A stretch of 64,000 bases of DNA, filler included, from Sphacelaria rigidula (GCA_964200075.2; 10 parts of 10 records of this genome joined end to end with filler, not necessarily neighbours in it), one strand, 5' to 3'. Counted from the first letter of the whole stretch, positions 12,860-25,775 are shown. The notes: a model not told the origin generated them from the sequence alone. Numbers and translations: made by a program.

Positions 12860-14731
12860 CATACCCTTGTTGAACTCCTTCATCTCAGGTGCGAGCGGGC
12901 CGCTGGTGGCCGCTTAGTACGGGCTGAATAAGTGGTTGCTCACACCGTAGGCGGGGTCGCCGTATACACAATGCAGTAGCCCATCACTGCTCATGTTGTG
13001 CTGTAGAAGTGACAACAAGCTCGACTGGTCCAGCACGTAAGCGTCGTGACGACTGCCTTCCCCGGGCCCCCAAAGGTCCCGCGTTGATTCCGTCGGGGTG
13101 ATCAACCCCCGATACTTCAACACATGCAACCTCTTGTGGCCATCGTGAACGGCGCGCTGCCCGCGTACAGACCTGCAGAAAAACGGACCCACACGGCGGC
13201 GGGTGTGGGTACAAAATGGCTATGATTGCGAGCGGCGGGCAGGGTTGGGATCGCCGCCTTTTGACCGTCGAAACATCGACGGAATCGTTTTCTGTTGTCC
13301 GGCGGTCTTTCTATTTCCAACACCATTCTGTGACATCCAACCATGAGTTGTCAGTCTCGGCTATTGCACGATCAAATACAGCCGCCGCATTACAGCCGTA
13401 CCCCGGTGCTTCAATCGCATAGAGACAGTGTCACACGGAGGAAGGGGTAAGGATCGCGGCGTCTATAACTCTGTGCCGGTCGGCTCAGCTAACCCCGGTC
13501 ATACCTGGCAACCGCGCGCACTGTGTCGTCGATTAAAGCCTAGCAGTTCGCTAGCGGTGCACCCGTCGCTTGGACAGCTGCGGCGAACATTGCCAACGTA
13601 GGATTGATGCCTGCGACGTCCAAGTCGAGTGGATGCCCCCATTTATCGTCGAGGAAATGGACCATGAAGTTGAATTTCTCCCGAACACATGACTCTTTCA
13701 GCCCGAAGACTAAGCGTATATCCGTCAATCTGCAAAGGAAAGCGAGCCAAAAAGCACCACGCAGATTTCCTCTCGTCCGTTGACAGCAAATCCACACAGT
13801 CGGTGCAAATTACCTTTGGCACGCACAGGAGGACCAGCAGCTGCATGATCTGCAGTTCAATCGCGAGCAGAACGAAGGAACACGACAGTTCGAAGAAGGG
13901 CGTTTTGACAGTTCAGAGACCAAACCACCATCGCTGTCTCGAGGAAGGGGCGTTTAGTTTCCCTATGGCTGTCATTCTACACCCGCGGCGTGTTGCCTGG
14001 AGCAAAGATTAAAGCTTGCTGGGAAAGGACTGTGTGGCAAAAATACAGACGCTATTTTACTGGACTCATGCTTCGTAACGGCGATAAAAATGTCATACAC
14101 CAATTTCTGCGCCGAACGGGTGTACTCTGACTCCTACATACTGTAGGGTGTTCGACTGTAGTGTAAGAGACGGCAAAACCCCACCGAATACCATCAAACT
14201 TGAGTCATGATAGTAAAATGGTCGAAAACGTCGTCGCCGCCGCCGCGTCTGAGAGAAATGTTCCGTTTCCCATTCGCCATCATTCTACATCTGCAGCATA
14301 TTTTTTTGCCGCGAATAAGCTTGCCGAGGAAGGGCCATGTGGGGAACTGCAAACGAAATGCTGCTAGGGGCTTGTGCTTTGCGATAGCGATGGAAGAAGT
14401 AGTGGGCGGGCTGGGTGGTCAGCACCAACACGCACCCCCCCCCTCCACTACCGACGGTACAAGCTCGAGTTTTGCAAAGAGTAAAGTCGACACGCATCAC
14501 AATTCACACTCGTGATGGAGCTATCCTAAAATGTACCTGAGCTCGGGTGAAACGCAGGAAGTTGATGCAGTCCTGCTCACTGAAGTACTCGAAATCCCTT
14601 GGCTCCGTGGCAGTCGGGACGTCATCCAGCCGGCAGCGCCCCACGGTATGCGTCAATACCACCTGTGCTAGCAGCCTCAGCTGCATGTTCAGGATAGCGG
14701 CAAAAAACAACTGCAGCCATGCCACGGCCAA
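12860..14731 (-). pseudogene. PIF/Harbinger (DDE_Tnp_4, HARBI1-like) nuclease pseudogene with introns
   Basis: Motifs FSEQDCINFLRFTR (segment about 14537-14731), APLANC*ALIDDTVR (13505-13729; degenerate GFIDGT) and HDGHKRLHVLKY...WGPGEGSRHD...YGDPAY...EFNK (about 12860-13172), with GT/AG boundaries and in-frame stops. Confidence 0.85.
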
Positions 14732-15446
14732 CCCTCTCCCAGATCAAATGAGTACGCCCCGCCCCCCCCCCCTCTCCCGGATCGGCAAACGCGCCATTAT
14801 TCATGGCTAACCAGGTTTAGCCAGATGACACGCCTTCCTCACCATGTAGGTGCGGGCTTTGGCCAGCTTCTACTGTCCCGTTCACCTACTGTAGTCTCGT
14901 TGCTATTTTTGAATTTGGGGTGCAGCCTATTCTCCTGAGTCGGCCCAACCTGTGGCCAATCACTGCGACCAAAAAAATCCACATCAATCAGCTTTCGCTA
15001 TGAACTTTTTACTGTCCACCTGCGTCCACAATGAAGTTTCAACGCTTCCGCTCTGAACTCTGACTTTATGATAAGAAAAAAAACTTCCGAAGCTCTCTAT
15101 TGACGAAGTTGGGATTCAAGGCCAGGATATGACGAGTCCCCCTCGTTAAACCCCGGAAACGAAACCCTGAGGAGAGACGTCGCCGGTAACTTAGATGAAC
15201 TTGACAAGTCAAAAATAATCCCTGAGGTGTGAACCAACCCAAAGCACTGGTGCCCAAGTTGGGGCTAGGAAACGGAACTAGACACCCTGCCCCACAACGA
15301 CCAAGGTTAGAGAACACAGCCGTCGGGCAAACATCATACGTGGAGCGACAGCGGATGCCGTGAACGTTCGCGACAGCGCTGGTGATGGCAGCTCGTTCAC
15401 GAGGGTCACTCAAGACTACGAGAAAGACTTGGAGACGAAAGGAGGC

Positions 15447-15662
15447 CAGTCGACCTGGCTGAAGATGAGGCGGAAGGGCAGAAGGCGATCACTCATGGAG
15501 CGGCTAAGAGGACATATCTACAAAATGGCCACCTAACATCAAACTTGCATTAGCTCGCGCGGGTACACCACCGTTGGGTGGCCATTTTGTCGATGTCCTT
15601 GTAGCGGCTGCATGAGTGGCCGACTTCCGTCCTTCCGCCTCATCTTCAGCCAGGTCGACAGG
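15447..15662. repeat. Imperfect inverted repeat (about 90-bp arms, about 35-bp loop)
   Basis: GTCGACCTGGCTGAAGATGAGGCGGAAGG...ACAAAATGGCCACC pairs with GGTGGCCATTTTGT...CCTTCCGCCTCATCTTCAGCCAGGTCGAC. Confidence 0.85.
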
Positions 15663-16087
15663 TGTCTCTGCTCCCCCGTCCGCCTTCACGCAGCTAGGAT
15701 TACTGCGTGGTGTATGTTGCAGAGGATGAACGTACTCGCTCAACGGATGCACATGCACACACACAGGCATGTGTACGCTTGTACTACAGACAGTACAGGA
15801 CACTTGTACTACAGACAGTACAGAATTGTCTACAAACAGTGCAACAGTACAGTTCTCACAACGTGTACTAATGCTGTGCCACACACCAACAGGTATAGGA
15901 CTTGTGAACGACTAGCGGGCGCCGAGGTGCACTGCCTGTATGCCCAATGCTGTGTACTGTGCCGGGTTCGTACCGGGAGGCTGTGTTGACGATACTGCTG
16001 TCGCGTATTCAACGGTACGGGGGCAGCACAGGCAACTGTGTACATGCTCTTCCGCGCTGTACGGATAGCACCGCATGGGGAGGCGCA

Positions 16088-16446
16088 GTGTGTGTATGTG
16101 TGTTGTCATCTCATCTATTCTGGCCGCCAGTCTACACCTATCGGTATATGTTGGCACATCAGCCAGGGTTACACAGAAGGGCCACGCAGGATCTTTTATT
16201 TTCATTTTGTTTTAGTACTCCACCTCCCTTCTGCGGTGCTTGCCTTCATTTTTATCGCGAGAGGGGTCCAGCGCTTCCTTTCCCTCGTCGACCATACGTC
16301 AAATTCTGCATACCCTCGACATAGTCGTTCTTCACTGTTGGGCATGATGTGAGAAAAAATCCCAAATCGTGAGACTGCACCGAGATTCGAACCCACGACC
16401 CAACCATCAGCAGGTTCCGAGGTTACCAACTGAGCCACCGGGACGA
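16088..16446 (-). mobile_element. tRNA-derived SINE (family A)
   Basis: Minus-strand head TCGTCCCGGTGGCTCAGTTGG (box A)...GGTTCGAATCTC (box B); body matches 37591-37792; (CA)n-like tail. Confidence 0.8.
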
Positions 16447-16807
16447 ACGGCTTAGAGTACAAACGCAGAACAGCACCGCGCGACTTGTACCTCTTCAACT
16501 CAGGACACCAACCACGTGGAAATCGGAACAGAAAATAGTAAACCCTGAAAAGTTGGCCACGGTCCACACCTACCTGGTGAAAAAAACAATAACTGCGGTT
16601 CAAGCGTAAAAACTACATCCGTTTTTAGCTTATCCCTGAGTTCAGATTTTCCCCCCCGAAACTCTCTATTAACGGAACATGAATTAGGGCAAAGATCGAA
16701 TGACCGGCAAAAGCACTCCCACAGAACTCCGAACGTACAGTCTGCACGGCTCAGATGGGAAACATTTTCACTGTATAGTCCCAAACATACATCGACATAT
16801 TTATTAC

Positions 16808-17805
16808 CTCGCGTAGCGCCGCAGCAGGGTCACGCACAGAGCAGAACACCAGCGTGGACACAACCGCATCGAACGACGAACTCTCGAACGGTAGCTTCTC
16901 TGCCACTCCCTCGATCGCCCTCAGGCTTACCCCTCTCTCTTCAGCGCGTTTTACCGCATCCTGGAGGGCCTGCGAGTCTCCGCCTGAAAGAGCAGGATCT
17001 ACGCCAACTTGAAATCACGAGCGAAGTTGATATTTGGACGGGGGGGGGGGGGGGGGGGGGGGGGGGCAAATTCTTTTTATTAAATATTAGTTCTTTTTTA
17101 ATAAAAAAAAACTTTTTTATATCANNNNNNNNNNGGGAGGGGGCGGGAGGGGTGGGAGGGCGGGTGAGGGGGTGTGTGGGGGGGGGGGGGGGGGGGAGGT
17201 GGGGGGAGGTACAAGCTCATTATAGACAATACAAGCTCATTATAGACAATACAAGCTTATTATAGACAGTCCAAATCTTCATATGTTCTCTTAATAAAAT
17301 GACGCGACTCCACAAAGAACCTGCGTCTTTTAGACTTCGAGACTTGAACCCCATTGAAACTTGTGTCCAGGCTATTACCCACAACTACATCCACACTCTT
17401 CAAACGGGGTGGTGGATGAGTAAAACATTTTGTGTGACACGCTGAGGGACCTTCACCTAAAAGAGACAGTCAGTCACAGGCATGGTGAGAGAGCATCAGG
17501 AGGGGCGGTTGTGCACTACGTGATATAATTTTTCATTTATTCCTTAATATCAAAAGCTCAACTACTCTGTCAACGGAGAAAATATGGCGAATGACTTTTC
17601 GCAGCTAGAGAGTAAATCCTAATGGTCTAGGACGCGGAACGAGGAGAAAAGGCGATAACACTGCTGTCTATACCCCCTGGCCCACGCGTCAGCACTCGAC
17701 TTGAACGCTGATTTCGCACCTATGCGCTGCCCGGAACGGTAGTACTGCATATTGCCGAAGCCCCCCAGAGTTGGGTTTCCTCCAATGCCGACCTCCAGGA
17801 CATCT
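16808..17805 (-). CDS. SAM-dependent methyltransferase, Methyltransf_11/METTL7-like; internal exons 17720-17805 and 16808-17007
   Basis: Spliced product [95 protein letters not shown] carries motifs I and II, with a phase-compatible GT-AG intron. Partial gene. Confidence 0.88.
17210..17269. repeat. 20-bp minisatellite, 3 copies (TACAAGCTCATTATAGACAA)
   Basis: Seen directly, inside the methyltransferase intron. Confidence 0.9.
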
Positions 17806-19239
17806 CTTTCATGGAAATAAAGGTTCGGACGCGGCAAACAAATATTTGATGTGCGGTTCATGATGTACAGATGTCCACATCGCATGTCAGGGATGCGATG
17901 TGCACTCCACGCGCTGGAAGGCGGATTTCTCTAGGTGCACACAAACAGGCATGCAGTAGATTGTTAGTCTTCGAACAAATAAAACTGAAAGGGGGGTGAT
18001 CGAGGAGTAAGTCTAGTGCTCGAGGCCGCACTGCCGTCGTGTGCAGCTCCGCAGCACAGGATATGGAGTGAGGTGCTCGAAACGTGTAGTACTTGGTGTA
18101 CGCGTAGGGCAAGAGATGTGCTGCACATGACAGACGCTTACAGATGGATACCGTACAGGGAATTGGAAAAATAATAAATGTACAATCAGTAGTTCTTTAC
18201 ACATCATGTGACGCGAAAATCCTTATTAACAACCCACTTTTATGGTAAGCACGAATCTCGATTTTTTCAAGATCGGGGGGGGGGGAAATCGGGCACGCAA
18301 TGTACGGACACGGGTTTGGACCACATCGGGAGCGTAAAAATCGGCGGGTCACGATCTCGGAACGGTTCGATTTTTTGAAAAAAATCGGGGCGAATGGTTC
18401 TGAGATCGTGACTCCCCCCGATTTTTTTGAGGTGACGTACGTGCATTGACGTACAGTGCTAGAGTACGACGCATTGGATATTTTTGCAACGGCAGCAGAA
18501 GACAGTCTCGTGACAGCACAGGGCGTGCCTATTTATTGCCCGCCCCAGCTGCTGAAGCAACTTCGCACGAGGTTTGACGAGCGGATAATAATTGCTGACG
18601 CCGTACCCTGCGGCGATAGTAATATTTTATGCTGCGCTGCGCTGCTATATGTATCACTATAACAAACGCTACTGTACTGTCCTAGCTGTCATCGCTGTAC
18701 TTGAGGGCTGATGTACGGCACTGTACTACTGAACTCTGCTCGCGCACTGTTTGTTCTCTGTTCTCGCAATACCGGCTGTGCCATCATGTACAACCACAAG
18801 GCATTATCATGTACTGTACTGATGCCGTGTCCTGGCTGTATTACCCTAGGGTACCAAGGTACGACACTGTAGTCGAAGGATTGTTCACCGCATGCCTGCT
18901 CTTCGGCTTTATGCACGAGTACGCAGTACCACACTCATGCAGAAAATGACCGTCTGTGTACAGAACCGTTTCACAAATCTGTGATACTGCGCTGTATGTG
19001 CCATAAAACGGTCCCCCCGATTTTGAGTCCACGAATTTAACCCTTAGACGACGAGCGTCGCCTCGGAACAGTTGTACACGCGGACAGTCCCGAGGCATCC
19101 AGGGGTTTCCAGTGGTCGGGGGTGGTGGTTTTTGAGGGGNNNNNNNNNNNNNNNNNNNNNNNNNNNNNNNNNNNNNNNNNNNNTTAATTAATTAANNNNN
19201 NNNNNNNNNNNNNNNNNNNNNNNNNNNNNNNNNNNNNNN

Positions 19240-19756
19240 GTTTTCTCCCTACTGTCTAATGCATCAGACGATTTCATACCACTTTCGTTCACGTCCCGCA
19301 TTTCCCCCCTCTAGCACATCCCGTTCCTCCTTGTATAGTTCACATTCTGTCACTATATGAGTTCTTCTCTCTATTGCTTTGCCACAGGGGCAATTCTGTG
19401 CATCTACTTCCTCCTCCTCTCGACTCCTGGCAAATCTTCTTCTTTTTTTCCGGCAGGTGCAGGTCCCACTCCCGAAATCGCAATTTCAAAATTTTGGAGG
19501 CGTCCATTGGGCCATCCATATATGTTTTCATCCCGATCCCCTCTCTCAACCCCCCGTATATCTTTAGGTGTTCTTCCTCGTCTACTTTGCGTCTGAGCGC
19601 TCTTTTTTCTCTGATTTCTATTATGTCTCTTCCGTTTATCTTTTACCCCACGTCTTCACCTATGGACAGCATTTGGTCTTGGTTTCCTCCTATCTCCTTC
19701 CATACTTTCTCGACTTCTCTTTCCCACCTTATTCCAGCCTGCCTCTTCATAATTCC
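19240..19756 (-). mobile_element. Non-LTR retrotransposon (LINE-like) ORF C-terminal fragment, decayed
   Basis: Encodes GPMDASKILKLRFR...NCPCGKAIERRTHIVTECELYKEERDVL, a CCHC-type zinc knuckle typical of LINE C-termini. Homologous to 37247-37590. Confidence 0.75.
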
Positions 19757-20374
19757 CTTCCAAATGAGGGGGGGAGCGTACTCATAATCTTGCATGCGGT
19801 AGTCATATGACCATTGATTTCGCATTCCTACAAAGCCGGGAAGGAGCCCGCCGGGTTTTCGCTGGAACTGACCCGAAATCAATCACCAAGCGCGAAGCGC
19901 CGTGGTGTATTTGGCGAGCCGCATGAAGGGTGCACTGCATCCTGCTGAGATTGTTCGGTCCGAAGCGTGATGAATATCTTGAATATGGATGATAGCCTTC
20001 GATGAGTTGCTTCATGTTCTGGTATCGCCACTTCCAGAGACAGCCACGGCTTACACACTGCCTCATGGATGTCCCACCATAAATAAGGGGGTGCTTATTT
20101 TTTCTCGGCCATCCTCAACCCAGCATCAAGCGCCCGCAGCACAATGTTTGAACGAATTTCATCCGGTGACACATGCACGCATCAAAGGAGACACACATGC
20201 ATTCAGAGAAGCACATCTACTTGTTTGTTTCCTCCCCACTGTCGGATCAGCGCGTGCAGGCATCTTTTTCAAGTTGCATTCGGGGCTTCCGCGTTTCGTA
20301 TGCATTTGGACATCACTGGAATTAGCTGCAGAAGATGCACAGCAGATGTACTCGAGTGCATCGTGAACATCGTT

Positions 20375-20375
20375 G

Positions 20376-20413
<38 letters not shown>
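20375..20413. repeat. (CAT)n microsatellite
   Basis: About 12 CAT units seen directly. Confidence 0.95.
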
Positions 20414-20416
<3 letters not shown>

Positions 20417-21239
20417 CGTGGAACTGTACGAAAATGTGAGTAGAAGCTAACATTTGAGCCCCGAAGCTCTAGTAGACGACTCAGCGAGGGGGCGAGACGA
20501 AATGGGCGTCTCTAGAACCAAAGATCAAACAAAGGTTTGCCGGAGTATGAAACGGCAGTGGCGAGAACGACGTCAACCAAGTTACCACGGCATACCATGC
20601 GATATAGAGTGGGCTCAGATTAGACACAAGCGCTCACACACATGGCCCGTCAGGTGATACCAGCATTCGCATTCGCGTTTGTCGACGCAACCCGCAGAAA
20701 GGCGAGAATCCTTCCAAGTTCGTTCAACGATGGCCGCCCACGACTGTTCGATCTAAGGCGGGACTTGGACTTACTGTAGTAAAGTGAGATGATGTGTACT
20801 GTAAGGCGGGTGATTTTGGCTCGACTTCCATGCCGGTTCCCTCGTGGGTTGTTGCTGGTGCTCTGTGTCAACGGTGGCGATCCCCCTTTGCGTAGCGCTC
20901 AACGAAGCTACCATTTACTTACGACGTCAGTTCGATCAGCGGGGGTCTTCGCGTACCGTTGCCCTCTCGGACCCTTCTGCTTCGTTGTCGATCCCCAACG
21001 CCGAAATTTCCTCACAGTACATACATTGATGAACTATTGTCGCACATTCGCATGCTTCGGATTACAAAGCATAGAACTATGCGTGTTGTTCCTCGTTGCC
21101 ACGCCACGTCTTGCAATGGTTGATGCCACATTGGTCCTTGCGTCTATTCCATTGGTGCTATCGTGCAGGCGCCGCTTGATGTTCAGTTACAACTGTAACT
21201 AACACTCCGCTAATAGGTAGCACACCCAGTAGCACTCAC

Positions 21240-24200
21240 CCGGAGGGGCGACAGCCGGGAAGTTAAGCCCTTGCATCCCAGCGGAACCTAATGCTCCCTG
21301 TACCTGGGCGGCACCAGTGATGCCTTGGATCTCGGCCATCATCCGGGCATTCTCGGCGTCTAGCGATGCGATGTACTGCTGCATGCCGGAGGCTGCCAGA
21401 CGGATCGGGATTTGAGAGGTCAGTTCAAAACGGGGCGACGTCGCTGCAAAAAGGCATTACCGATATGCTTCGGAGACTGGAGGTTGTATCCCTTGGAATC
21501 TGTCTCGTTGTAAAAGTCGTGATGACCAGGGCCACCATGGTACTGCACTGGGCGTGCTTCGACATCATTTAGCAGTCTCATCAGCGAGGGGGTTTCACGT
21601 ATCTTCGCACATCCGCCCAGGCGGAATCATCACTCTTGTCGGCAGTTTCGGCGTGTCTGATCGGCCATCACCTGGGAGGAGGACTGTCAGTCAGGCGTGA
21701 ATTTCCCGCAGAATCGTCTGCCTCTCGTCATTGCTGCAAAACTGTGAAATGTTTTCGGCAAATCAAACGCAAGAAGCCAAACACGAAGGAAACGGCAAAA
21801 AACGACCTGATTCCTGCATACATTGTTTTTTGCTGCAGGATTGTATGTGGCGGCATCGCCCAAAAGCACTACATCACCGTAGCTACATCTGCGCGAATAG
21901 CACGTTACCTTGGGTCCACGGAGCCCCCCCGCCGAGCCCCCCCATCTTTGCTTCCCGCGCATTGTTATCGCTCCCGATTCCCCACGCGCCACCGGCACCA
22001 ACCCCCATTCTCGTGGCGTTAAGTTCCCCCTCTAGCCGCCGTACGGTGTCCGTGAGTTGTTTCACGGTGTCGTTTCCATTCCCATCCAGTTCTTCATGTT
22101 TGCCCCCAGACTGTTTGCGGAATGTTTCGCCTTCGCGCTGATCTCGCCATTCCCCGTCTCGTCTGTGCTGCGGGGAACGCGGTCGTTTATCGCCGTGCGT
22201 TCGATGGTGATGCTTGCTTTTGGCCTGATGCTTGCTTTTGGCCTGATGCTTGCCATGGTCAGCATGATGATGGTGTTGGCGGTGCCTGCTATGCTGTTGG
22301 TGCTTCTCCCAAACACCGCGCGCCACGTGCTTCCCATCGTGCCCGTAATGGTCCCGATCGCCACTATGCTTGTGCCCACCGTGCCCGTCAGGTAAGCATG
22401 TCCCAACCCCCCCTCTGAATCTCCCTCCACTCCCCTCGCTCGCTGAAAATAACGTATTTCCATGGCCACCTCGGTGACCCTTCGGCCGCGGATCCTCCCC
22501 AGAACGGTCATCCTCATCTGACCCGCTCGGGTCATGTACATCCCTCGCCCGTTGTGCCTCTCGATTATCCGGGCCGACGTTCTCGGGCGAACCGATCGAA
22601 GACTGTCCTGCCGCCCCCTTGTCCTCTATTTTCTCGGACTCATCTCTCTGTTCCACGTGGTTGATCCGCCCTCCGCTTCCCGTTTGCTCCTTGGGTAGCA
22701 AGGTGCTGGCATGATCGCGATCTTCGCCGCCGTGATGAGCTGTTGCAGGCGAAGTGGGCGATACCGCCGCCCGGAATGATTTGACAGGAGTGTTGTTTTT
22801 GGGGGAGGTAGTACTAGCGGCTGCGGCGGCTGTGGCGGCTGCGGCGGCTTCTCGAGCACGTTGAGCATCCGTCTTGAGCCAGTCATCCAGAAATTCATTG
22901 GCGGTTGCCTGCGCATATTCACCAGCCAGACCTGACAACGCCTGACAACAAATTGACGTGTGCAAGGGAGCGAACAGCCCGTGCGTGTCCATTCCTTTGC
23001 TTTACCCTAGAAATGTAAGGTACAAACGTGGCAGAGTTAATCGCGTTTTAACCCCCCCCCCCCCCCCCCCCCCCCGCCCCCTGTCCCCTCTCCTCCTCCA
23101 TCACACCCCATCACTCCCCCCCCNNNNNNNNNNCTTCGCTTTTGTCTTCCCTTGACACGTATGCGCCCCCTCTGGGGGAGTTATCCTGGTTTTACCCCCC
23201 CCCCCCCCCCCTCCCCTCCTCTGGATGAGGACGTCGTCTCAAGGAATCAATCCATCTCTGCCCCGTCAAGCACTACAATACCAGGGTGCGCCAGATGATG
23301 CTCCCCGCACCTCCGGAAACGGTGCACTCCAGTATATTGTTGCTGTAATAGTTTTGACAGCCACGACATTTCCTGTCCGCTCTCGTTGACGCCCTGTTGT
23401 AGGATTTCTCTGACTCCTAACATGCATATCATGAGACGCCTTTTACTATCTCTTCACTTGTGGTCATCATTTATACTTGTCAGCATCGCGGGAAGGGAGG
23501 AGAAGCTCACCCTACCTACCCTGCAGTGTTATGTCAGGTCGCCGGTCGTGCAGCACATACACCGCCATACCGACGCACTCCTTACACGGATATTTCGGAC
23601 GTTGCAATCGGTGTTTATCACAATATTTGCTGCATTCACACGGCACCCTAGCTCGGTGCTGAGAGGACACATGGTTTCTCAGGCTTTCACACTCCCGGAA
23701 GCTCTTCGCTTTACTGTCGTAACCCACCCTGTCCCCTCCCTTCAGCTGTTTCCGAGTGTTCTCCTCCTGATCGTCGTACTCTTTCAAAAAGCCCTCCAGT
23801 ATGGCTTCCGCATGTTCCTGTTCGGAATCTCGCTACACACAAGCATCATGGGCAGAGCATTTCACCGCCCACAGGTAAACGACGATGAGATGGTCCAAAC
23901 AACGCTCGGCACAATATGCACCAAATAATCTCCTTGGCCTGCAAAAACTGTTGAACCGATTTACAGTAGCAAACGACGGAATATCTGCGGCGGAAGTAAA
24001 GAGAAAAAAAGCATCCAAAGTGAGCAATGTGTTCCATCTCGCTTCACGGGTACGGCCGAGCGCACCCTCTTCCTGACTTCACCATGACCTCAAAACGAGA
24101 TGAACTCCTCATTCCCCGACCGCAGCCTACAACCCTCGCTCCAGCTCCATCCCCATCCGCACGATATTTACTGAGGCAAGCTTCTTCCATGCTGTGTTAG

Positions 24201-25040
24201 TCATTAAGATTCACGTATGTTCCCCGATTCACCTTGAGCTTGCGCAGCCTGACTGCCTGCTCTTCGATCCCTGCCTCGCTCATAAGAGCTGCAAGAGCGT
24301 CGTCCCCCGTTTCCTTGGGCGCTGGAACGCCTCCTACATTGAGGTATGCCGTTTCGAAAACATCAACTATGAATACGTTGTTATTGCGATTATTCATACA
24401 CGACAGATACTTCGATAACGAGCGGCTTGCTTCAAGCAGCGCGGCCTAACCAGGAAAGGGTCGAGATCTGCCGCACACAATGTCGTGCAGTTCTCGTTCA
24501 CCCGCGACAAGGGATGGGCCAAGATTGTTTCCAACCCAACGTAATGGTAAATGAACGTGCTCTCCGGTCCCCACGTACACAAGGAAGACTACCTTTTTTT
24601 TTGGCCCTTTGGATCCGTTCCTGAACCTCTCGCTGCTCCTTTCGCAGTGTTGCTTGCTCCTCGCGAAGGGCCCCCGCTCTTGTGCCGTGTCTCTCCGCCA
24701 GTTCTACCTACCCTACCCGCAAAATCCATTTCGATGCGAATTCCATGCACTTTGGTGAGGGAGAGAATAGTTGCACTATAGAGCAGCCAAACATTCCCGC
24801 CTTGAGGGTCTTCTCCTGCTATTCGTCCATGAAAACAGATCCCGGTCCATCCCTCCAGAGTTTCACAATTTGTCGCGCAATCAGGTCAGTACCCGTTATT
24901 CTTTAGCGAGTACCTGCTCTTTGACGATCTGCTGACGTTGACGATTGGCGGCATCAGCGGTGGTTCCTCCGTTAGCGGCGACGTGTAGATGGCTCTCCGC
25001 CTCATCTAGAGCCCGATGGTACAGCTCGTCTTGTTTCATT
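21240..25040 (-). pseudogene. Unidentified, probably decayed multi-exon coding region, including a low-complexity His/Gly/Asp-rich exon at about 21909-22932
   Basis: 369-aa open frame 21883-22992 bounded by plausible AG/GT sites, plus protein-like segments (coiled-coil EEQATLRKEQREVQERIQR, LEGFLKEYDDQEE, MQQYIASLDAENARMMAEIQG) interrupted by stops. No family recognised. Confidence 0.35.
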
Positions 25041-25286
25041 ATTTCTTTTCGCACCTTGCGGGAGAAGAAACGGCGGCAGCGGGGGCGGGGGAAGTGCGAT
25101 CCCCGCCATAGTTGCTAATCACCCGAGGCAACACAATGTTTCGGGGCCTTCGAAAGTTCGGGTTTATAGTGAAGCACACTTCTTTGTTTTCGCACTCTGA
25201 CCCCCCCCCCCCCCCCCCCCCCCCCCTCCTCGGGACTAGTCCGTGGTCGCAAGGGATCAACCCATCTCTCCCCGGTACACATCATA

Positions 25287-25480
25287 CTAGGAGATATATA
25301 CTGGCCACAGACGGCGAACAGGACGGGGGTAAGGTATGTAAAAGGTTTTGTGTAATATAAGGGAAAACGTAATGAGTACCTAAATGTTGGAGGTGTCTCT
25401 ATTAGGAGTAAAAACAGTGCTCCGTCTTGAAAGGGATGCGTGGTGAATGGTCAAACGAATAAGGCAAGCAACGAATGAGT

Positions 25481-25512
<32 letters not shown>
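25287..25512 (+). mobile_element. LINE-like 3' end followed by poly(C)
   Basis: GGCCACAGACGGCG...GGTGTCTCTATTAGGAG...AAGGGATGCGTGGTGAATGGTCAAACGAATAAGGCAAGCAACGAATGAGTA then C30. Continues the sequence seen at 37550-37945. Confidence 0.75.
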
Positions 25513-25520
<8 letters not shown>

Positions 25521-25652
25521 TCTTCGCTCGTGGGGGACGGCTCCCCCCCCTCNNNNNNNNNNNNNNNNNNNNNNNNNNNNNNNNNNNNNNNNNNNNTTAA
25601 TTAATTAANNNNNNNNNNNNNNNNNNNNNNNNNNNNNNNNNNNNNNNNNNNN

Positions 25653-25775
25653 CGTGAGTTGACGCGGTGCGATAGTGCTGATCCAATCCGCGAGACCAAA
25701 ATGAAAGGCGTGTACCGGGGGAGAAATGGGTCGATCCCTTGAGACCACGGACTCCTCCCGAGGAAGGGGAGGCGC
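25653..25775 (+). mobile_element. Dispersed SINE-like repeat (family B body)
   Basis: CGTGAGTTGACGCGGTGCG...GTGTACCGGGGGAGA...GATCCCT..AGACCACGGACT..TCCCGAGGAAGGG recurs at 34330-34447, and reversed at 25226-25280 and 30681-30770. Confidence 0.65.

Noticed and set aside
12827..12877. Perfect 15-bp inverted repeat at the contig start
   Set aside because: Fold-back of adjacent sequence at the contig edge; likely a chimeric read or assembly artefact.
16370..16446. tRNA gene
   Set aside because: Boxes A and B are present, but there is no clean cloverleaf and it is attached to a dispersed repeat body, so it is a SINE head.
17210..17269. CRISPR-like array
   Set aside because: Direct tandem 20-mers with no spacers and no cas genes, inside a eukaryotic intron.
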